A stretch of DNA of 64,000 bases from Candidatus Woesebacteria bacterium (lineage in GTDB: Bacteria > Patescibacteriota > Microgenomatia > Woykebacterales > 2-01-FULL-43-14): NCBI GenBank assembly GCA_020060105.1, contig JAGVAV010000002.1, positions 6,186 through 70,185 of the forward strand, read 5' to 3'. A program made the position numbers and the translations under genes. Positions 37,248-47,218 of this stretch are shown piece by piece. Every line of letters starts with the position of its first letter. The stretch's first letter is position 1. The notes under the pieces are model-generated. The model was not told the DNA's origin. It did no database searches and worked only from the letters and a program-made list of their open reading frames with translations.

Positions 37248-38863
37248 TACATCTTTTCCGGCGCGCTGATCCCCATTAGTTTTAAGACATCCGCGATAAC
37301 GATCTGAGTTGCTTTAACTAGTCCTAACCTAGCTTCGCTTAGTGATTTATTTTTAGTAAGAACCCGACATTCGCTGTAAAACTTGTGAAATAAGTCAGCT
37401 AGTTCGATTGTATAGTAGGGTAGTCGATAAACAGAATAGTTCTTCGCTACTTCCTCAATTAACGAAGGATAGTATGTTAACTTTTTTATTAGTCTTAGTT
37501 CACACGGTTGGGTTAAATAACTAAAGTCAAATTCGCCAAAACTTTTATTTGCTAGATCACTTTTCTTTAAAATACTCGAGATCCTTGCGTGGGCGTACTG
37601 AACATAGTAAACAGGATTTTTCTGAGACTTTTCTTTAGCTAAATTAAGATCAAAGTCAAGATGTGTATTCGCCGCGTGCATGATGAAAAAGAACCTTGCT
37701 ACGTCAAGATTCACTTCCTCAAGTAAGTCTTCCATTGTAACGTAAAGACCGGCTCTTTTCGACATTTTTACTTCAATTCCGTTTTTTATTAATCTCACCA
37801 GTTGAATAATAATAATAGTTAGTCTTTCATCATAACCTAGAGCCTTAACAGCGGCTCTCATTCGACCCACATAACCGTGATGATCGGCGCCCCAAATATC
37901 AATTACTTTATCAAAACCCCGCTCAAACTTATTGGCGTGGTAAGCAACATCGGAGAGAAAATATGTAGGCTCTCCATTAGACTTGATCAAAACCCGGTCT
38001 TTATCATCACCCAACTTGGCGGTTTTAAACCAAAGGGAATTATCTCTCTGATAAACCAGTTTCTTTTTCTCTAACTTCTGCTTTACCTTTTCTACCTGAG
38101 AAGATTCATATAAAGAACTTTCGGCAAACCAAACATCAAATTTTATTTTCAGTTTATTTTCTACTAGCTCTTTTATCCCGGTAACTAAACGATTTAAGGC
38201 AACAACTTTTATCTCGTCAACACGCTGTAAAGGATCTTCAAAATCTTCCTTAAAATCTTTCGCCAATTCTAATATGTAGTCTCCTTTATATAAGTAGTCG
38301 GGGGTTTTTACTCTCTGCCCCCGAAGCTTAGCAATTGCATAAGCGACTGATTCCCCCAGAATGTCAACCTGAACCCCCCGATCATTTAAATAATACTCTC
38401 TTTCAACTGTATAATTTAACTTAGCCAAAACATTTGCCAAACAATCCCCAGTAAAACCGCCTCTTCCATTCCCTAGTGTTAGAGGTCCTGTTGGATTAGC
38501 TGAAATAAATTCGACCTGCACCTTTTTCCTTCGCCCAATTTTGTTTGAACCAAAAGAAGAACCCAACCTTAAAATTTCCGCCACTTTTGCTTGCCAGTAA
38601 ATATTACTCAAGTAAAAGTTGACAAAACCCGGCTGAACCACAACCAACTGATCTAGATAAGGCCTTCTTGGGAAATTGGATTCAATTTTTTTAGCAATCT
38701 CAAGTGGAGACTGATTAACCTCCCTTGAAATCTTTAAAGCTATTGTCGTAGTAAAATCTCCAAATTTTTCCTCTGAAGGAATTTCTAGTGATAACCCTTG
38801 AATTGGAAAACCCAAACTTTTCAAGGTCTTTTTTAGATCATTTAATATAATATTTGAATCCAT
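37247..38863 (-). CDS. argS: Arginyl-tRNA synthetase
   Basis: EFISANPTGPL, WGADHHGY, KMSKR, YVQYAHAR. Confidence 0.97.
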   Translation of the reverse strand: MDSNIILNDLKKTLKSLGFPIQGLSLEIPSEEKFGDFTTTIALKISREVNQSPLEIAKKIESNFPRRPYLDQLVVVQPGFVNFYLSNIYWQAKVAEILRLGSSFGSNKIGRRKKVQVEFISANPTGPLTLGNGRGGFTGDCLANVLAKLNYTVEREYYLNDRGVQVDILGESVAYAIAKLRGQRVKTPDYLYKGDYILELAKDFKEDFEDPLQRVDEIKVVALNRLVTGIKELVENKLKIKFDVWFAESSLYESSQVEKVKQKLEKKKLVYQRDNSLWFKTAKLGDDKDRVLIKSNGEPTYFLSDVAYHANKFERGFDKVIDIWGADHHGYVGRMRAAVKALGYDERLTIIIIQLVRLIKNGIEVKMSKRAGLYVTMEDLLEEVNLDVARFFFIMHAANTHLDFDLNLAKEKSQKNPVYYVQYAHARISSILKKSDLANKSFGEFDFSYLTQPCELRLIKKLTYYPSLIEEVAKNYSVYRLPYYTIELADLFHKFYSECRVLTKNKSLSEARLGLVKATQIVIADVLKLMGISAPEKM

Positions 38864-38867
38864 AAGT

Positions 38868-39824
38868 TTACCTACCCGTTTTAGTATACCAAGTTGTTCC
38901 GTCTGTCACAACTTCAACCGTGCCATGTTCGTCTGTTCGATAAACTACCGAGCCTACCGATTTCAATAAAGCGGCGATTCTTTCTGACGGGTGGTTGTAA
39001 ACGTTTTTCTCTCCTAAGGAAATTATGGAAACTTGCGGCACTATCACTCTTAAAAAGTCTTCTTTTAGAGCCGTATCCGCACCCTGATGAGGGACCTTTA
39101 AAACAGTAACGGAATCATTATAATAAGGTTGAACTTCTCCACCCGCATCTCCAGTTAGCAAACTGGAAAACCTTCCGTAAGTTAACAGGACTACTATTGA
39201 ATAATCGTTCGGGTCTTCCCCTCCTTCACCTAAACCACTCGGGTGAAGCACTTCTATCACTACCCCATCGCCAAAATCCATAGAGCTACCTTTCTTCGGG
39301 TAATCTACTTTAGAACCCTCTTTCCCTAAAGTCTCTACCCATGAATCGTAAAGAGAGGTTGAACTAGAAGCACCGTTTGTCCACACCTGCTTAACTTGAT
39401 ATCTCCTAAGCACTTCGATCAAACCAGCTAAATGATCGGCGTGGGGATGTGTAAGAATCACTAAATCCAAACCACGATCATAAAAGGGTAAATCCTTTCC
39501 TAAATGCTGCACCACCCGATTGTCCGGACCTCCATCGATCAAAACTTTATAACCAGCGGGGGTTCGGATAAGAATGCTTTCCCCTTCTCCAACGTCATAA
39601 AACTTTATTTGTAAGTTGGAACTTGGAGAAGTAAAAAAGATACTAAAGTTTAAAACAATTACGAACAAAAGAGTGGCGAGCGTAGTCCCTAAATGCTTGT
39701 TAAGTAAGATGTCAAAAAGTAAAAATCCCTGGTGTTTACCCTTCCACTTTCGCCAAAACTTTAATAGGCGGGCTAAACCAATCTTCCGGTATGTTAATTT
39801 CAGTACTGTGTTATTCCTAACCAT
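38868..39824 (-). CDS. ComEC/Rec2-type metallo-beta-lactamase domain protein (stand-alone)
   Basis: DVGEGES, LIDGG, THPHADH, LLTGD, RTDEHG; ATG 39824 overlaps the upstream TAA (TAATG). Confidence 0.9.
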   Translation of the reverse strand: MVRNNTVLKLTYRKIGLARLLKFWRKWKGKHQGFLLFDILLNKHLGTTLATLLFVIVLNFSIFFTSPSSNLQIKFYDVGEGESILIRTPAGYKVLIDGGPDNRVVQHLGKDLPFYDRGLDLVILTHPHADHLAGLIEVLRRYQVKQVWTNGASSSTSLYDSWVETLGKEGSKVDYPKKGSSMDFGDGVVIEVLHPSGLGEGGEDPNDYSIVVLLTYGRFSSLLTGDAGGEVQPYYNDSVTVLKVPHQGADTALKEDFLRVIVPQVSIISLGEKNVYNHPSERIAALLKSVGSVVYRTDEHGTVEVVTDGTTWYTKTGR

Positions 39825-41047
39825 TAATTTTTTCTTAAACCCCTTGACTTCATCCATAGTAGCAACGATAACAACATCAGATAATATCCTCCCACCAACC
39901 ACCAGGACCTTTGAGGAACACCGACAGAAGAAAAAACTAGGCTCCCTCCATAGTTAACCACCCAAATAAAAACTGTTAAAGGAAGCCAAAGTAACGTAGC
40001 GATAATTTTCGCTAGAGGAAATATTAAAATCCCCAAGCCAAGCAACACAAACCCACCTAATGTTATCAAAGGTATTAACCAAAGTATCAAAGTATTTATA
40101 AGGGGGGCAATTAACGAAATCTGACCGAAGTGGTAAAATACCACCGGAGTTACCAACAACTGGGCGGATAAAGTGGTTGTTAAGTTTTCTCGAAAAGGAC
40201 TGGGTAACCAACGAATAAAAGTTTTATCCAAGGCTTTTGTCAGGGTAATTATTCCCAAAGTAGCCATAAAAGAAAGTTGAAAACTTATGTTCCAGACTAA
40301 CTTCGGATCCCAAAGTAACATTATAGATCCCGTAAGAAACAAGACGTAGACGGAAACGTTGAAACGGCCGAGAAGTAGTGCTAAATAAGCAATAGAACCC
40401 ATTATCGCTGCTCGAACGGTTGGCGGCTCCGCACCAGTTAAGAAAGTGTAAAGAAGAATCACTGTAAATGTAAGTAGTATTGCGTAACGGCGTCTAATAA
40501 AACCGGCCAGATTCATTACAAAACCCGCGACTACGGCGATGTTGTAGCCAGAGACAACGACAACATGAATCGTCCCGCTTCGGCGTAGGTTATCTAGGAA
40601 ACCCTCGGGTAGTTCTTCCTGACCTCCTAGAACTATCCCAGAAACTAGTGCTGAATGAGGTTCCGGTAAAAGATTATTAAATATCACTAATAGGTGCCTT
40701 CGAAGGTTTAAAATCGACTCGTAAAAAGGGTTGCCGTAATTTTCCCCGACCTTTTCAATCTTCGGATACCTAAGTATCTTGTCTGAATCTGCCTGGCCGT
40801 AAATTCTTAAAACGTCACCGTAATGAAAATCAGTGTAAACATGCGTCTGAACGAGAGAATCCCCTAAATGAAAATAGGTAAACCCATTTTTTCTCTTAGG
40901 CTCTTCTAAAAGAACCGATTCGAATGAACTGTTTGAAACAGTATTTTGTGTTAAGAAACTGGTTTGGTAGCGAAAAAACCATACCCCTAAAGTTAAAGCT
41001 ATTACACTAACAGCTAGTATCAGCCTGTAATTAGTTAGAAGTGACAT
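39824..41047 (-). CDS. comEC: ComEC competence (DNA uptake channel) membrane domain
   Basis: SGTIHVVVVSGYNI, RAAIMG, SFQLSF. Confidence 0.93.
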   Translation of the reverse strand: MSLLTNYRLILAVSVIALTLGVWFFRYQTSFLTQNTVSNSSFESVLLEEPKRKNGFTYFHLGDSLVQTHVYTDFHYGDVLRIYGQADSDKILRYPKIEKVGENYGNPFYESILNLRRHLLVIFNNLLPEPHSALVSGIVLGGQEELPEGFLDNLRRSGTIHVVVVSGYNIAVVAGFVMNLAGFIRRRYAILLTFTVILLYTFLTGAEPPTVRAAIMGSIAYLALLLGRFNVSVYVLFLTGSIMLLWDPKLVWNISFQLSFMATLGIITLTKALDKTFIRWLPSPFRENLTTTLSAQLLVTPVVFYHFGQISLIAPLINTLILWLIPLITLGGFVLLGLGILIFPLAKIIATLLWLPLTVFIWVVNYGGSLVFSSVGVPQRSWWLVGGYYLMLLSLLLWMKSRGLRKN

Positions 41048-41054
41048 GGTCTAT

Positions 41055-41666
41055 TTAGTGTGTTCTTACTAAGTCTTTTAGTTTTTCAAACACACTTTTA
41101 TTTACAACTTTTTTTGTCGTGAGATCTTCCACCTTCTGATAAGGCCTGTTTGAAATTATTTTCTTTGCGGTAACAGGACCAATCCCAGGCAAGGAATCTA
41201 ACTCGGAAGTGCTTGCAGAATTAATATTTATTTTCTCTTTAATGCCTTCCACTAACCCTAAACCTTCAAAATCAAGGTCTGCTAAGGAAGGAATATAAAC
41301 TTTCTCACCATCTTCTAGCCCCCGAGCGAGATTTAAGTTCTTAGATAGCCACTTCTTGTCAGCATCCTCCGTGAAACCACCCGCAAGCTTCAGCACGTCT
41401 TCGACCCTGGAGCCGATCGACAACTCATAAACGCCCGGCTTGGAGACTGACCCCCCAACGTCTACTTTAATACTTGATTTATCTTCTTTAAGAGAACTCG
41501 GAGAAAGCAGTTTGAGATCTGGTTTAGCTTTTTGAAAAACTATAGGAAAAATTAAACCGAAACTGAAAAGGGCCAAACCTGTCAAAAATAGCACAAGCGG
41601 AATCTTGTACGGTTTAATCAACTGCCAAAAATTTGGCAAGGGTTTCTTTAAAGTTTCAGAGGCCAT
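41055..41666 (-). CDS. comEA: ComEA DNA-binding protein (SLBB plus HhH)
   Basis: VDVGGSVSKPGVY, NLA..DGEKVYIP, ININSAS..LPGIGP. Confidence 0.93.
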   Translation of the reverse strand: MASETLKKPLPNFWQLIKPYKIPLVLFLTGLALFSFGLIFPIVFQKAKPDLKLLSPSSLKEDKSSIKVDVGGSVSKPGVYELSIGSRVEDVLKLAGGFTEDADKKWLSKNLNLARGLEDGEKVYIPSLADLDFEGLGLVEGIKEKININSASTSELDSLPGIGPVTAKKIISNRPYQKVEDLTTKKVVNKSVFEKLKDLVRTH

Positions 41667-41713
41667 TTTCCCTCCTAGCATTATACTAACTTGACAACTT
41701 CACTCTTACAGCG

Positions 41714-42163
41714 TCATCCATTGCCAACTAAATACGAGGGAAAGAAAAGAATAAACAAAGATAAGTTACTTATATACTCCTTAACCCATTTATTATAAAA
41801 ATCAACAAGACCCCCCAAACCTCTTCTATAAAGCTCCCTATCCACAACACCCCCCTTATGCGGATAATGGTGCATTTTGGGGTGCGGTGAAGAAAATCCG
41901 TGAGCATAGTGAACTAGCTCGTGAGCAATGGTATGATCAACAATTTCTGTAGGAATATTAAAACGCTTGAATAACCCGTTAATTCTAATGTGAGTACTGT
42001 TATCTGTGTAACAAAGGCGGATGGAACCAAAACGATACCTCGCTTGGCGACCAAACTTAATATAAATTCGATTAGTTTGAGGAACGTCTGAAAAATAGTT
42101 TCGCCAGAGGTAGTCAAGGCGATAAAGCAACCAATTTTCGTCGCGAAATCCACCCTCAGTCAA
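41714..42163 (-). CDS. SprT-like zinc metalloprotease-domain protein
   Basis: HELVH (HExxH) plus a distal PH; TTG start after GGAGG. Confidence 0.7.
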   Translation of the reverse strand: MTEGGFRDENWLLYRLDYLWRNYFSDVPQTNRIYIKFGRQARYRFGSIRLCYTDNSTHIRINGLFKRFNIPTEIVDHTIAHELVHYAHGFSSPHPKMHHYPHKGGVVDRELYRRGLGGLVDFYNKWVKEYISNLSLFILFFPSYLVGNG

Positions 42164-42364
42164 GGCAGTACCCTCCAGGAATTGATTAACTATTGTATGG
42201 GAATTTATAACCCTCTAATGTTAAAACTGTTTAAATACTAATACCTTTTCCGAGGTAAATCAAGTCACTACCAACCCAACGCAAGAAGGACCAATCTTAA
42301 TTAACATTAATTTTATTAAACATACTAAATAATAGCAAGCACTTAGCCAGCGCTTGGTTAAAGG

Positions 42365-44797
42365 CTAATGCGTCACGAAGTTTATCAAACGATTAGACCG
42401 AAAGACAACTTTTTCCACGCTTTTCCCCTCGATAAATTTCCGCACTTTTGGTAATTCTTCGGCCATTGTTTTTACTTTTTCTTCCGAAGCTCCGTAAGGA
42501 ACTTTTAGCCTATCTCTAACCTTACCATCAACTTCAACAACTAGCCAAACATACTCTTCTGTTAAATAACTTTTATCAATCTTATACCAAGACTGATTAT
42601 GAATAGACCGTTCCGCTTCAAATTTATTACTACCTTCAACAACAGACTGCCATAACTCTTCTGTTAAATGAGGGGCAAACGGGGCTAGAAGCAATAGTAA
42701 AACCTTTATTTCTTCTAAACTAAGTTCTTTTCGAGACGAAAAAGTATTAAACCAGGTCATAATTGCCGCCACAGCAGTGTTAAACTTAAGATTCGAAATA
42801 TCATCAGTCACCTTCTGTAGCGTTTTAGCCATCAATCTCTTATCTTCTAGGGTAGTATTATTAGCAACTGAAATGTTTGTTTGATAAACTCGTGCCCAAA
42901 CACGGTTTAAAAATCGATATATCCCTTCTATACCGCGAGGATTCCAAGGCCCGCCCTGATCGTAAGGACCCATAAAGCAAAGATAAGCCCGAACCGTATC
43001 CGCTCCGTACGTCGAAACAAGTTCGTCGGGATTAATTACGTTTCCTTTTGACTTTGACATCTTCTGACCATCAGGGCCTAAGATTATCCCTTGATGCCTA
43101 AGAGCGCTAAAAGGCTCGTCAAACTCCAAATAACCTAAGTCTCTCAAAGCCTTAGTGAAAAATCTTGAATATAGTAGGTGCAATACCGTATGTTCAGCCC
43201 CACCTACATACATATCCACCGGCAGCCAATACTTTAGAGTATCGGTATCAAAAGGTTTACTTTCTAGATCAGAATTTGGATATCTCAAATAATACCAAGA
43301 GGAACAAACAAAGGTGTCCATAGTGTCTGTTTCTCGCCGTGCCGAACCCTGGCAGGATGGGCATTTTACATTTACAAACGCCTTGTTAACAGCCAATGGA
43401 GACCTCCCCTTAGGGGTAAAATCTACGTCGTAAGGCAACAAAACCGGCAAGTCTTTTTCAGGCACCGGAACAGTCCCACACTTTTCACAGTAAACCACAG
43501 GAATTGGTGCTCCCCAATAACGTTGCCGAGAAACCACCCAATCCCTTAAGTGATAGTTAACCTTTCGCTGACCTAACCCTTGTTTTTCAATATAATCCGT
43601 GATCTTTTTTTTAGCCTCGTAAGAACTTAAACCACTAAACTCTCTACTATTCACAAGCGGCCCGCCTTCAACGTAAGGCCCTTTCGTAACGTCACCACCA
43701 CGAATTACCTCAACTATATCCAAATTATACTTTCTAGCAAAATCCCAATCACGTTGGTCGTGACCAGGAACACCCATCACCGCCCCACTACCGTAAGACA
43801 TTAAAACATAATCAGCAACATAAACTGGAATCTTGGCCCCGGAAAGGACATTTTCACAGTAACTCCCCGTAAATACCCCAGTCTTCTCTTTTTCCAAAGC
43901 TACTCTTTCCAATTCTGACTTCTTTTTTACTTTTTCGATATATTCTGATACGGATCTTTTACTTTCTGGGGTAACAAGTTTCTTCAACATAGGGTGCTCT
44001 GGAGAAATCGCCATAAAGGTTGCCCCAAAGACTGTGTCGGGCCTTGTGGTAAAAAAGGTTAACACTTCTTTAGATTTTTCTCCATTAGTGTAGATAACCG
44101 GAAAAGCTATCTCTACCCCTTCACTACGGCCAATCCAATTACGTTGCATAATTTTGGTCTTTTCTGGCCAATCTAGCTTTTCGACATCTTCCAACAATTC
44201 ATCTGCATATCGAGTGATTTTAAATAACCACTGCGCAATCTCCCTTTGAACAACTAAGCTTTCACAACGCCAACACCGACCCTCGATTACCTGCTCGTTA
44301 GCTAAGACAGTTTGGCAATCTGGGCACCAGTTTGCTGGAACTTTCGCCTTATAAGCTAATCCTGCTTTATACAGCTGTAGAAACATCCACTGGGTCCACT
44401 TGTAGTAATCAGGCCGAGAAGCGATTATCTCCCGACGCCAATCATAAATTGCCCCAATGGTTCTAAGCTGCTTTTCCATGTTAGCAATGTTTGACTCTGT
44501 CCAATCAGCCGGATGAACTCCCCGCTTAATCGCGGCTCCTTCGGCTGGCAAGCCAAAAGAATCAAAACCAATTGGTTCCATAACGTTAAAACCACTCATT
44601 CTTTTAAAACGAGCAAAAACATCAGTCGGAGCAAAATTATACCAGTGGCCGATGTGAAGGTCTCCAGAAGAGTAGGGAAACATTACCAAACAGTAGTACT
44701 TGGGCTTATCCGAAATGTTGGGAGTTTCGTAAAGCTTACTCTCTTCCCAAATTTTTTGCCACTTTTTCTCTATCTTTTGAGGATGGTAATTTTTCAT
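42365..44797 (-). CDS. leuS: Leucyl-tRNA synthetase
   Basis: MFPYSSGDLHIGH, SRQRYWG, KMSKS. Confidence 0.97.
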   Translation of the reverse strand: MKNYHPQKIEKKWQKIWEESKLYETPNISDKPKYYCLVMFPYSSGDLHIGHWYNFAPTDVFARFKRMSGFNVMEPIGFDSFGLPAEGAAIKRGVHPADWTESNIANMEKQLRTIGAIYDWRREIIASRPDYYKWTQWMFLQLYKAGLAYKAKVPANWCPDCQTVLANEQVIEGRCWRCESLVVQREIAQWLFKITRYADELLEDVEKLDWPEKTKIMQRNWIGRSEGVEIAFPVIYTNGEKSKEVLTFFTTRPDTVFGATFMAISPEHPMLKKLVTPESKRSVSEYIEKVKKKSELERVALEKEKTGVFTGSYCENVLSGAKIPVYVADYVLMSYGSGAVMGVPGHDQRDWDFARKYNLDIVEVIRGGDVTKGPYVEGGPLVNSREFSGLSSYEAKKKITDYIEKQGLGQRKVNYHLRDWVVSRQRYWGAPIPVVYCEKCGTVPVPEKDLPVLLPYDVDFTPKGRSPLAVNKAFVNVKCPSCQGSARRETDTMDTFVCSSWYYLRYPNSDLESKPFDTDTLKYWLPVDMYVGGAEHTVLHLLYSRFFTKALRDLGYLEFDEPFSALRHQGIILGPDGQKMSKSKGNVINPDELVSTYGADTVRAYLCFMGPYDQGGPWNPRGIEGIYRFLNRVWARVYQTNISVANNTTLEDKRLMAKTLQKVTDDISNLKFNTAVAAIMTWFNTFSSRKELSLEEIKVLLLLLAPFAPHLTEELWQSVVEGSNKFEAERSIHNQSWYKIDKSYLTEEYVWLVVEVDGKVRDRLKVPYGASEEKVKTMAEELPKVRKFIEGKSVEKVVFRSNRLINFVTH

Positions 44798-44896
44798 GGT
44801 TATTATTTTATACCGTATCGCACCAAACTGCAACTTGATCCAAATCTTTAGTCACTTTATAATTAGGAAGGTGGTCAAAGAGGCCCCTCTCCCTAT

Positions 44897-45910
44897 ATGA
44901 CTAAGTTTAGACAAAGCATTTTCGACCGGCTATTTATCCGTGACTTGAACGCAGACAGCTTTTTAGATAATTTCTTTATTTCTGCCGTCAGCGCAGTTTT
45001 ACTAATTCGGTTTTTCCTTCATCTCACCAACTATCCAAGAATCGGTGGAGAAAGTCTTCACGTTGCCCACGTCCTTTGGGGCGGCTTAATTATGCTTATT
45101 GCCTTAATTATGCTGCTTTTATTCATCAACCGTTCAATCAAATACACTGCTTCAATCATCGGAGGATTTGGATTCGGAACTTTCATTGATGAGCTCGGAA
45201 AATTTATTACTAGTGATAACAACTACCTCTATGAACCAACAGTTGCCTTAATTTATGTCGTCTTCATTCTTCTCTACCTTTCATTTGAAGCTTTAGCAAA
45301 ACTTCAAAATGTAACTCAAAAGGAATACTTGATTAATGCTCTAGAAATGATCAAAGAGGCAGTCGAAAAAAATATGGATGAGGAAGAAAAGAAGCAGGTT
45401 CAAAGCTTTTTAGAAAAAAGCGATAAAAAAGATTTAACTACTCAAACCCTCCTTAAAATCCTAGAAAAAACACCTAGCGTACCCGTCTCGACTAGTTGGC
45501 TTAGTCGTACCCGGCACTTCGTTAATGAAACGTATCAAGTCTTCTTGAGGACACGCTGGTTCCTAAGAGCCGTTTTGGCAATTTTTATCATTAAATCTCT
45601 AATCTCGTTTTTTTCCTCGGGGGGCGTTATTGTTAACAAATCAACCTTAAGTTTCACTGATCAAATCGAAATGTTTTCAGTTCTGACCTCTGGCGTCCTT
45701 GTCCTAATCGGAGTTATCACAATCTACCGTTCTCGCTTAAGCTCCTACCGCTATTTCAAATATTCGTTACTAATTTCGATTTTCCTGACTCAGTTTTTCA
45801 CTTTCTATAGAGATCAATTTTCTGCTCTCTCAGACCTTATAGTTAATCTATCCATTTTAACTATCATTAATTATCTCATCAGTCAGGAAAAACCTCGTAA
45901 CCAAGAGTAG
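44897..45910 (+). CDS. Multi-pass membrane protein of unknown function
   Basis: 337 aa with several TMs; HVAHVLWGG and GFGTFIDELGKF motifs. Confidence 0.8.
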   Translation: MTKFRQSIFDRLFIRDLNADSFLDNFFISAVSAVLLIRFFLHLTNYPRIGGESLHVAHVLWGGLIMLIALIMLLLFINRSIKYTASIIGGFGFGTFIDELGKFITSDNNYLYEPTVALIYVVFILLYLSFEALAKLQNVTQKEYLINALEMIKEAVEKNMDEEEKKQVQSFLEKSDKKDLTTQTLLKILEKTPSVPVSTSWLSRTRHFVNETYQVFLRTRWFLRAVLAIFIIKSLISFFSSGGVIVNKSTLSFTDQIEMFSVLTSGVLVLIGVITIYRSRLSSYRYFKYSLLISIFLTQFFTFYRDQFSALSDLIVNLSILTIINYLISQEKPRNQE

Positions 45911-45939
45911 TATTAGTATCTAACACTCAAATATTTGTT

Positions 45940-46015
45940 TGGTGGAGCTAGCCGGATTCGAACCGGCGACCTTCTCCATGCCATGGAGACGCGCTACCAA
46001 CTACGCCATAGCCCC
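45940..46015 (-). tRNA. tRNA-Ala(GGC)
   Basis: GGGGCTA acceptor with G3:U70, ATGGCAT loop, ACCA. Confidence 0.95.
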
Positions 46016-46042
46016 AAAATTTAAAACTAAATTGAATTGGTC

Positions 46043-46118
46043 TGGTGGACCTGGGGAGATTCGAACTCCCGATCTCTACAATGCGAATGTAGCGCTCTAC
46101 CAACTGAGCTACAGGCCC
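46043..46118 (-). tRNA. tRNA-Ala(CGC)
   Basis: GGGCCTG acceptor with G3:U70, TTCGCAT loop, ACCA. Confidence 0.95.
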
Positions 46119-46147
46119 AAGATAATTTGAGATCATTTTAACATAAC

Positions 46148-47170
46148 TCAACTCAGAAATTCAACTTTGGACCGACGTATCGCCTTTAACAACTCTTTTT
46201 CCAACTCATCCATACCCCTCCCAGTAACCGCAGAAATTGCTAGCGGTTTAACCTTATATCTGCTAAAAGAGTTAATAATACTTGCTATGCCAACATCATT
46301 TACTAAGTCTATCTTACTAACTAACACAATTTCTGGCTTTTTTAAAAGATCTTTGTTATACTCTCGAAGCTCCTTCTTAACTGTTAAGTAGTCACTAACT
46401 GGATCAGCGGACTCGGAAGACACTAAGTGAAGAAGAATTTTTGTTCTTTCAATATGACGTAAAAAACGATCACCTAAACCCTTACCTCGCGAAGCCCCAG
46501 CGATCAAACCGGGAATATCCGCAAAAGTCAACTCATTTCCTTTGAGGGTTCCTACTCCTAAGTTCGGTTCTAACGTGGTAAAAGGGTAACTCGCTATTTT
46601 CGGCTGGGCTTTTGTTAAACGCGAGAGTAAAGTTGACTTGCCGGCGTTAGGTAAACCAATCAGGCCTACATCTGCTAGTAGTTTTAATTCCAAGACTAAC
46701 AACTTCTTCTCACCCTCTTCCCCCTCTTCAAAACGTCGATACATTTCCCAATCAACAGAAGGCCCAGCTCTTCTTGGTTTAAGACGGGCATTTCCTCGAC
46801 CGCCTCTTCCTCCGCGAGCCGCTAAGATTTCCATATTCTTATTCAGAATATCTAGCACTAACTTGCGCTTATCGCCAACCTTCTCCCAAACTACCGTTCC
46901 AACAGGTACTTTCAAAATCAAATCATCTCCAGAGCGGCCAGTTTTGTTTGCCGTACCGCCTGGCAGACCATCATCAGCTTGAAAATCCTTTTTGAACCGA
47001 TAATCAAGTAAGGTACCCTGGTCTTCCGTTCCTTTAAGTATCACATTACCACCAGCCCCACCGTCCCCTCCCTCTGAAGGACCGTAAGGCTTCCCTTTTA
47101 TTTTCCTAAAAGCCACGGCTCCCCGACCACCTTTTCCACCCCGAACGTAAATTTCGACATAATCAATCAT
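46148..47170 (-). CDS. obgE: GTPase ObgE/CgtA
   Basis: Gly-rich Obg fold, GLPNAGKST, YPFTTLEP, DIPG. Confidence 0.97.
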   Translation of the reverse strand: MIDYVEIYVRGGKGGRGAVAFRKIKGKPYGPSEGGDGGAGGNVILKGTEDQGTLLDYRFKKDFQADDGLPGGTANKTGRSGDDLILKVPVGTVVWEKVGDKRKLVLDILNKNMEILAARGGRGGRGNARLKPRRAGPSVDWEMYRRFEEGEEGEKKLLVLELKLLADVGLIGLPNAGKSTLLSRLTKAQPKIASYPFTTLEPNLGVGTLKGNELTFADIPGLIAGASRGKGLGDRFLRHIERTKILLHLVSSESADPVSDYLTVKKELREYNKDLLKKPEIVLVSKIDLVNDVGIASIINSFSRYKVKPLAISAVTGRGMDELEKELLKAIRRSKVEFLS

Positions 47171-47218
47171 TTAAGTAACCTTCTTTAAATAAATACAATT
47201 TTATTAATGATAACAACT

